64,000 nt of DNA from Eledone cirrhosa (taxonomy: Eukaryota), in contig OZ024752.1 of assembly GCA_964016885.1 (NCBI GenBank), positions 14,570,001 to 14,634,000 of the forward strand, in the 5' to 3' direction. The translations under genes and the position numbers were made by a program. Below, in pieces: positions 57,082 to 64,000 of the stretch; position 1 is the first letter of the stretch, and every line of letters starts with the position of its first letter. Under the pieces are notes generated by a model, which ran no database searches, was not told where the DNA came from, and saw nothing but the letters and a program-made list of their open reading frames with translations.

Positions 57082-57275
57082 GGGCGGTGGATTGGCAGAA
57101 TCGGTCGAGCGTCAAACGTCCTGCCTCGTGGCAAAGAGTTACGTCACTTTAAGTTCTGAGTTCAAATCCAGACGAGGTTAGCTTTACTTTTCATTCTTAC
57201 GGGGTCAATAAAATAAAGTACCAGTAATGTACTGGGGTCGATTTAAATCCTCCTAATTGCTGGCCTTGTGCCTGG
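56603..57275 (+). mobile_element. Three tandem Nin/Deu-like SINE copies separated by (ATT)n
   Basis: Units at about 56649, 56859 and 57081; the first two are nearly identical. Confidence 0.85.
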
Positions 57276-59189
57276 ATCAAATCCATTAACACGTTTATCA
57301 GCAAATGAGCTCTCGGCTAATGTGTTTTTAAACATTTCGTTGTGTTTTTCTTTATAATGAATGTTCCGTATCCCTCCGTCAGATATAACAGCATTAGTGA
57401 CAACATTTACAGAAAATTCAGATCATGCAGCAAAGGAAACCTATACTTAAATGAACTTAAGCCTTCAGCTAGAAGAATCATATCACGAGTTCCCGCCTCC
57501 TAGATGTATATCTTAAATTTTATTTAATGGAATTGTATTGTTAATTTTATCGTAAGATAATTGAGCAACGCAGCTGAAATGTTAAATCGCTAAATTGAAT
57601 TCCAATGCTGAAAGTATCGTGTGGAAGATTTTGATAAGATTTAGAATTATATATTTAGTTCTGATTATTTGAGCATAATTCGTTTCCGCTTTTCTCTCTA
57701 GGGGACTCTACCTTCTTGATTGCATCACGATTTCTCTAACTGTCTACTAATGTTGGATTGGCAATATTTGAGTATCAATCAGCTATCGATTGCTTAGTTT
57801 GTAGGGAATTTAAGTGGATCATATATAGACTAATGTTGGTGATGTTATATGTGACATTTGCTGTTCGTCCTGTAGCTCTGATATGAAATCATACTGAATA
57901 ATGATACCAAGTGATTCTCAAGTAGGTTATATCAAGCTGTAACAGCACTCTGTTTCTCATGTAAATCATGTTTAATACAGCGTTTACAAGAAGGACTTGA
58001 TGACTTTATAGGTTTGTGAAGGTTGATTGCCAGAAAATCTACTTGGCATGTTAATACTTCTTCCTCGCTGGTGGTATCTATAATAAATATTTGTTGTCGT
58101 CTTCTCCCAAATCAACATACAGTGTCAACAGCATTAGATCACGGGATATCGTTGCTTGATATCCCTGATTTCGAGCAAATTCTCTAATGATATTTATTTT
58201 TTTCTGAGAGAGATTGTGAGGTAATTATTCACTTAAACGCAATATCAATCTCTATATAACCGGTGATTAAATACGTCGATAATTTCACGTATGATTAGAC
58301 ATACAATTTAACAACTAAAAGAGCAGTAATAATACTTAAGAGATGTCATGGATTTTTAAAGAAGCAACGCGACTCGTTCATTTACTTTTGTATATTGTGT
58401 TGTGTATATCTTGGTGAGGACGACACGATGACAAAGTTATATAACTAGGGTCAGATTGCTACGCATATTTCCTTGTTCTGGCTTTGTGCGTGACAAATCC
58501 TTAAGGTAGCCTCTACAGCATCTCTAGATAGGCAAGAAATAGCAGTAAAATCTCTCTTAAATCAAACCCTACTATCTGGTTAGTTAGATACAATCATTAC
58601 GGTTGGAGTTCGTTTGATTATGCATCTGATAAATCACGGCTGAACGGCGAGTAATTAGCAACCAGGTGGTGGTAAAATGCATCCTTTATTCATTTTCTCT
58701 ATAAATACAGCGTATATGAAAGGTACTTGAATTATGGCAGCAGATAGATCAGTGTGATGAAGGCTGGAATTGAGATCATACCTCTCTCTTCATTTCATAT
58801 ACATTTCTGTTTGTTTACACTAAAAGATTCAGGATTACGCCAATAACATTTGACGACGTAGAGAGGTCTCACAGGGAGGATTAGTTTTTCTGGCATCAAC
58901 ATCCTACCTCAGGTTATATCTTCCTAAGAAAAGGAACGACACATTCCATATTCTAACCTATATCTCCTTGATCCTGTACGGGATTTTCTTGTTAAGAGAG
59001 GGCTGAGCTGTCAACTGATCACTTGATCAGTCATCTGCAACTTGAGACTACCTAAAGGTATATCCAGTTATCAGTAACGTGAGATTACACAGAAGGCCAC
59101 AGAACTGGCAGGTCCGGGGTGACCTTCAAGATGAAGTAGGAAGTATTTGTTGATAAGGAAATCATTGCCAGGTATGCATATACTATTGC

Positions 59190-59520
59190 ATCCAAGTTCA
59201 GATAACTCTCTGTGCAAATTGAGGAAGTTGAGATAGAGTGGATATATTCCAGCGCAGAAATTTCTGTTAAATGCTGCGGGCAAAACAGGCTTGGTGTGAC
59301 GCTGGATGGCAGAAAGCCCCCATTGGTTCCATCAAGAGGTCAGGGATGTCATCCAAGCAAAGAATGAGGCTTACAAAACTTGGCTTAGAAATCCGTCCTC
59401 CTTCTGTCACCCGTGGTACAAGCAGGCACGGAAAATCGCAGCAGTAACGGTATAAACATCCAACGTTAAGACATGGGAGGACTTTGGGGTTAAGCTGGAG
59501 TCCCACTTCAGATCAGCATT
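59190..59520 (+). mobile_element. LINE (RTE-like) fragment, region between APE and RT
   Basis: Translates WFHQEVRDVIQAKNEAYKTWL..WYKQARK..WEDFGVKLE. Confidence 0.65.
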
Positions 59521-59869
59521 TTGGAATATTCTGATAATAGCTATACCTAAATAAATTTGGTCTGGTGTCAATTTCAGAACTAATAGATTCCTCTAGGTTT
59601 ATTAGCCGAGGTTAATGTACTGGTCACATCGCTAACCGATAAATCATTCCTCCAAATCTTATGTTGATTTATTTATCTATGCTTACCCATTGCTCCATAG
59701 TCTAATCATTGTTTTGTCGTTGCAACCGTCATCAAATCATCTAAAGGTCTAGTCTACCTCAAGCACAAAAACGCACAAGGGTGATGGTTACACTGGTTTT
59801 CGTGGCGTGAAGCGCTGCAGAATACAAGATTATTTGCTGGACAGGACGCCAATCCATCACAAGATTAAC

Positions 59870-60025
59870 CTGCCCAACTACGCCTGGTACTTATTTCCGT
59901 TTCGGTATACTGGAGTATAGTGAAATAAAGTGTTATTATAAAGATCACGACACAGACATGTCCAGGAATCGAACCCATATCTTTGTGATCGTAAAGCCAA
60001 CACACTTACCAGTAGGCCAAGCACC
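59870..60025 (-). mobile_element. Degenerate tRNA-derived SINE (same type as 34.5 kb)
   Basis: Reverse complement TGGCCTACTGG ... GGTTCGATTCC. Confidence 0.6.
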
Positions 60026-60712
60026 CCCACCCATCACAGCTTTAGAGGATATGTTAATGCTGGAGAGAAATGACGCATGTGTAATGTTAGAAGCATTAAC
60101 GAAGAAAAAATGAGGGTTTATAGAAACTCTGGTTATGAGAGGAATTAGACATTGCCAACAAAAGAAATGAGCTCTAGTAAGGACACGTAATTCGTATGAC
60201 TAATCATCAAAGGTGAAAACATATTTAGGACATCCATGCGGAAGCATGTTGGAGAACAGGAAGAGAAATAAAAATGGGAATTTGTGGTAAAAACTGAATT
60301 CAGAATGTTGAAACTGTAAACCAGATAACACAAGAAATTTATAAGTAAATTGGAAGCTGCACTAGAGAGAAAGCATGCGACATGTAACTCACGCATTGAA
60401 ATTTGGGTGTGAAAATGTTGATGATAAAAACACATCGTATATATAGTGCCGACATTTTCCCGTTTGTAACGTATTTCACATTTCCAAATAATTAGAAACT
60501 AAAGATGTGCCTTTAAATATGTTACATGTTAAATGAAGCACTATAAATTAATTCCCAACAAATTTGTCCTGTTTTATTTATTCAGTTTTTGCTTCAGATT
60601 TAGGATTCATTATCCAGGAATTTATTCTGAATTTAACGACTGGATGAAGAAATATTTCTCAGTTATAATTGAAATGAACTTGTAGACAGATGGCGACTGG
60701 TACCTTTGTTTC

Positions 60713-61185
60713 TCTGATATATATGTGTCTGTGTGTGTGTCTGTGAGTTTGAATCCCTAAAACTCGAGAAGTACCCAACCGATTTTTTTCAAACTTTACA
60801 TGTGTATTACTTATGTTTCAAGGAGTGTTATGCACATAAAAAATTCAACTTTTTGATCCCCTAGGGCTCGCATTAGGTGAAAAACTTCATTTTTTCAGCA
60901 TTTTAGGGCTTTTTGGAGGCGATACGTCTAGCTGATTTTCCCGAAATAAAAAAAAAATCACATTAAAAAATTCATTTTATTCATCCCCTATAGCCCGCAT
61001 TAGGTGAAAACCTGCATATTTCTTGCTTGATCGAGGAAAATCTTAAAGATTATCCAGCCATCAGAGTATTCGGTTTATTTTCTTTACATATTGTCCAGGC
61101 ATGCAGTCTTTTCCACGATTAGGTCTGTTGGCCGTCCGCGTTCCAAAATACCTTATCCCGTACAACGCTGGGTACCACTGCTAGT
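60713..61185 (+). mobile_element. Non-autonomous Helitron-like element
   Basis: 3' subterminal hairpin CCCGTACAACGCTGGG followed by CTAG|T (61181-61185). Confidence 0.55.
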
Positions 61186-61819
61186 TATATATAGATTAAC
61201 GATTTTATTTATTATATATTATTTACAATTTGCTGGAGGCAGGTCTCTGGAAATGGGGCTAGGGGCCGCTGACGGTATTACCCGGCCGTAAGGAGGTGGT
61301 GTGGGTGGTGGCTGTTGGGGCAAAAAGTTTAATTCCACCTCTAGGCAACTACGATTGAGATTCGAATACTCTAACCCCTACGCTACGGGATTTCACTGTT
61401 AAAACATCTTGAAGTCGATTAAGTATGTTCTACCTTCATATATAAAATACAATGGAATTAAATGAAAAACACATGCGTATATTATATTGAATACTATATA
61501 GTATTATAGCGAATTACAATTATATTTTTTATTATATATTTGCTCAACCATTTCGAAAATGGTAACCACAGACTCAAGGATAAACAATCTATAACTCTCC
61601 ACTGAAACCTAATCACCAGACACATAGCCCATAAGACAGGCAGTACAATTTAATCTCTTCCTTTCAAACTATACCAATACGTCTATATTTAACAAGTGTT
61701 GTGCATTCGTTCTTGGTATGAGTCGCAGTTTCTATATCATTCTGCAGTAGTCACTACCATATTACGTAATCGGCTTTGCAACCACAAATAATTAGTATAT
61801 GCTAGAGTCTGTTTTTATT

Positions 61820-62017
61820 AGGTTATGGGCTAAATTCTATGAAGAGCTGTACTTCAGCCACTCAGAACGAACAATCATCCATGATTCCACTATCTTAAAT
61901 AGCGAGATATCTCATGCCATCAACAATTTGAAGAGAGGAAAAAGCCCTCGACTAGATAACATATATTCAGAATTCATCAAAACTGGAGGTGAACCAGCGG
62001 TTCTAACTCTTCTGTAA
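61820..62017 (+). mobile_element. LINE RT N-terminal fragment
   Basis: WAKFYEELY..SEISHAINNLKRGKSPRLDNIYSEFIKTGG (K.PG.D-type motif). Confidence 0.7.
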
Positions 62018-63272
62018 AGGTAACAGGCGTACCCTTTCGTGATACCCTTAAAGCTAGTAATTTGTCAGCTCTCACTCTTTTGTCACACTGGAATATGGAT
62101 ATATTTCCACATTTTGCTAGGCATCTGTGTATTATGGAAATGGCATAATCAAATAGTTAAGCATTTCGCTTAGCCAGCACTACGTCCTAATTACAATGCG
62201 TGGTGTCTTGAGAAAATAGCATTTATCATATTCTTGAATTGTGAGTGAAGTTTTTTTAGATGGAAGCTAGTTGGGATTAAGTCGATTACACATGTAATTC
62301 AAACGCTCAGAATTGTCATCCTCTTTTATATTAATCTCCCTGAGAAGTACAATAATGGTAGGTGTGCTGGTGGAATGCACAAACATCTTACAATTCAACT
62401 TCATGAACCGGCTGTGCCGTTGTTCTAACAACTAGAACAACGGCTTTGGAACCGTTGGATATCCATTCCACGGTTATCCATTTACATTTGTTGTATATTT
62501 CTTGCAACCTATGCCAAAATAAAGATCGTTCAAGTACGTATTAATTCGCGCGCCAAGGAAAATTAAAATGTTACAATTATAGCACCAACATTCCATCAGA
62601 TAAAATCTATGAGTGAAAATGTCATTATTATCTTGTAGAATTGTCTCTTTTTTCTGTTTATGAACGCAGTGTCGTTTATTTTTTGAGAGATCCAATGATT
62701 AACATTTCTCACGATATTCCGGGAGGAGGTTTTCTCTGGAAAATCCCTGTCGACATGTAATTTGTGAAAAAAAAAAAAAATGACTTTTTTGTAACATTCT
62801 CTGTCTCTTGCGCCATTGTCGACAACAACGTATCTCTTTGTCGAATAGATTGTATTTGATTCGGATTATGTTTCGATTTCCACATAATATGGTAAAGTGT
62901 TGTCGTTGATTTTGCCAGGAATTGTCCATTCTATATTCACCCTAAATCACATTTTACTATATTTAAACGGGCTTTACGTATATATGCTTGTCGATATTAG
63001 CTGCATATTCTCAAACCGTCGAGATATAATGTGTGTTCATGTCCATATGTATGTCCTCACAGAAGATTAGATACATTTTTAATGTATTTAAACGTTCGTA
63101 TAGAGCTAGTAAGCCATGATATATGAGGAAGTATCGAGGACTCCTTACAGTTCGTAATAAAAAAGGAACTTGTGAGACAAGTAATAAAGAAAATAACTTA
63201 AAAAATGAAGAAGAAAAAAAGTAAATAATAAAAACAAAATTTGCTTAGGTGTCTGGATGCTGCTTGTGTGTG

Positions 63273-63340
<68 letters not shown>

Positions 63341-63529
63341 CGTGTGTGTGTGTGTGTGTGTGTATTCATGTTTCCAAAAAGGACAGATTTTTAATGAGGG
63401 ACTTTACTGAAATTACCACCGCCGGTGACATCCTTTTACTGACAAACAAATAGTAATAGCATTAGCTTACTTCCGAAATCAGGGTTCCTAGGAAGGTGTA
63501 AGTCAGTTTACCATTTATTTTATATCTAT

Positions 63530-63570
63530 ACTAGCAGAATGGCTCGGCGTTGCTCGGGATTCTAAACATA
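63530..63570 (-). mobile_element. Helitron-like 3' terminus
   Basis: Reverse complement CCCGAGCAACGCCGAG..TGCTAG|T, similar to 61157-61185. Confidence 0.5.
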
Positions 63571-63816
63571 GATTGGCATGTTTATCCTTCCTTTCTGAAA
63601 CAGTTTCGTCGTACGTTCACCAATTGATGCAAAAGTCCTAATAAATGGTGAAGTCGCCTTGGGCGAATAGGCAAATAATTTTCCATTAAGATTTTTCAAA
63701 AGCATGTAATTGCGTTCCCTTTCTTTTTTTTGTTGTTGCTTTTGCTGCTGTGGAGCCTCGTGAAATAAATACGCTTGTTTATATTTTGTTATTGTGTATG
63801 CAAAAATATCTGTACA

Positions 63817-63860
<44 letters not shown>

Positions 63861-64000
63861 TAACAGATTAAAATTTAAGCGAAGAATCGGTGCTTTCATC
63901 CTTAACGGGAGCTTCGGAAACTAAAAAAATCAATCTGTGAACGAATAAGTAAATATTTTGAAACACGTTACACACTATATATATATATATATATATATAT

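Overview
AT-rich eukaryotic (animal) repeat-dominated DNA with no recognisable host protein-coding gene. The SINE types and microsatellite load suggest a mollusc, probably a cephalopod such as octopus (inference). Bases 1 to about 52,400 are a nest of retroelements inserted into (TA)n microsatellites. These comprise several families of Penelope-like elements (PLEs; RT plus GIY-YIG endonuclease), namely a Hydra-clade-like family A with a near full-length copy at about 44.5-52.0 kb, a second Hydra-like family and Naiad-like fragments, plus a decayed CRE-like RT/RLE retrotransposon and many short fold-back fragments. By eye I count about 27 type I hammerhead ribozyme (HHR) motifs from about 11 sequence families, many with palindromic stem III. 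Main highlights: (1) a hairpin at 12.1-12.4 kb whose two arms each carry about 16 same-strand A>G changes, the expected fossil of ADAR-hyperedited RNA reverse-transcribed into the genome; (2) a 466-bp tandem repeat with one perfect HHR per unit (retrozyme-like); (3) inversion junctions clustering at the ribozymes; (4) a PLE 3' UTR made of TA/TG mosaic that supplies new target sites. After about 52.4 kb the DNA is ordinary intergenic/intronic sequence with tRNA-derived SINEs, a deleted mariner, LINE fragments and Helitron-like ends. All alignments and counts were made by eye and boundaries are approximate.
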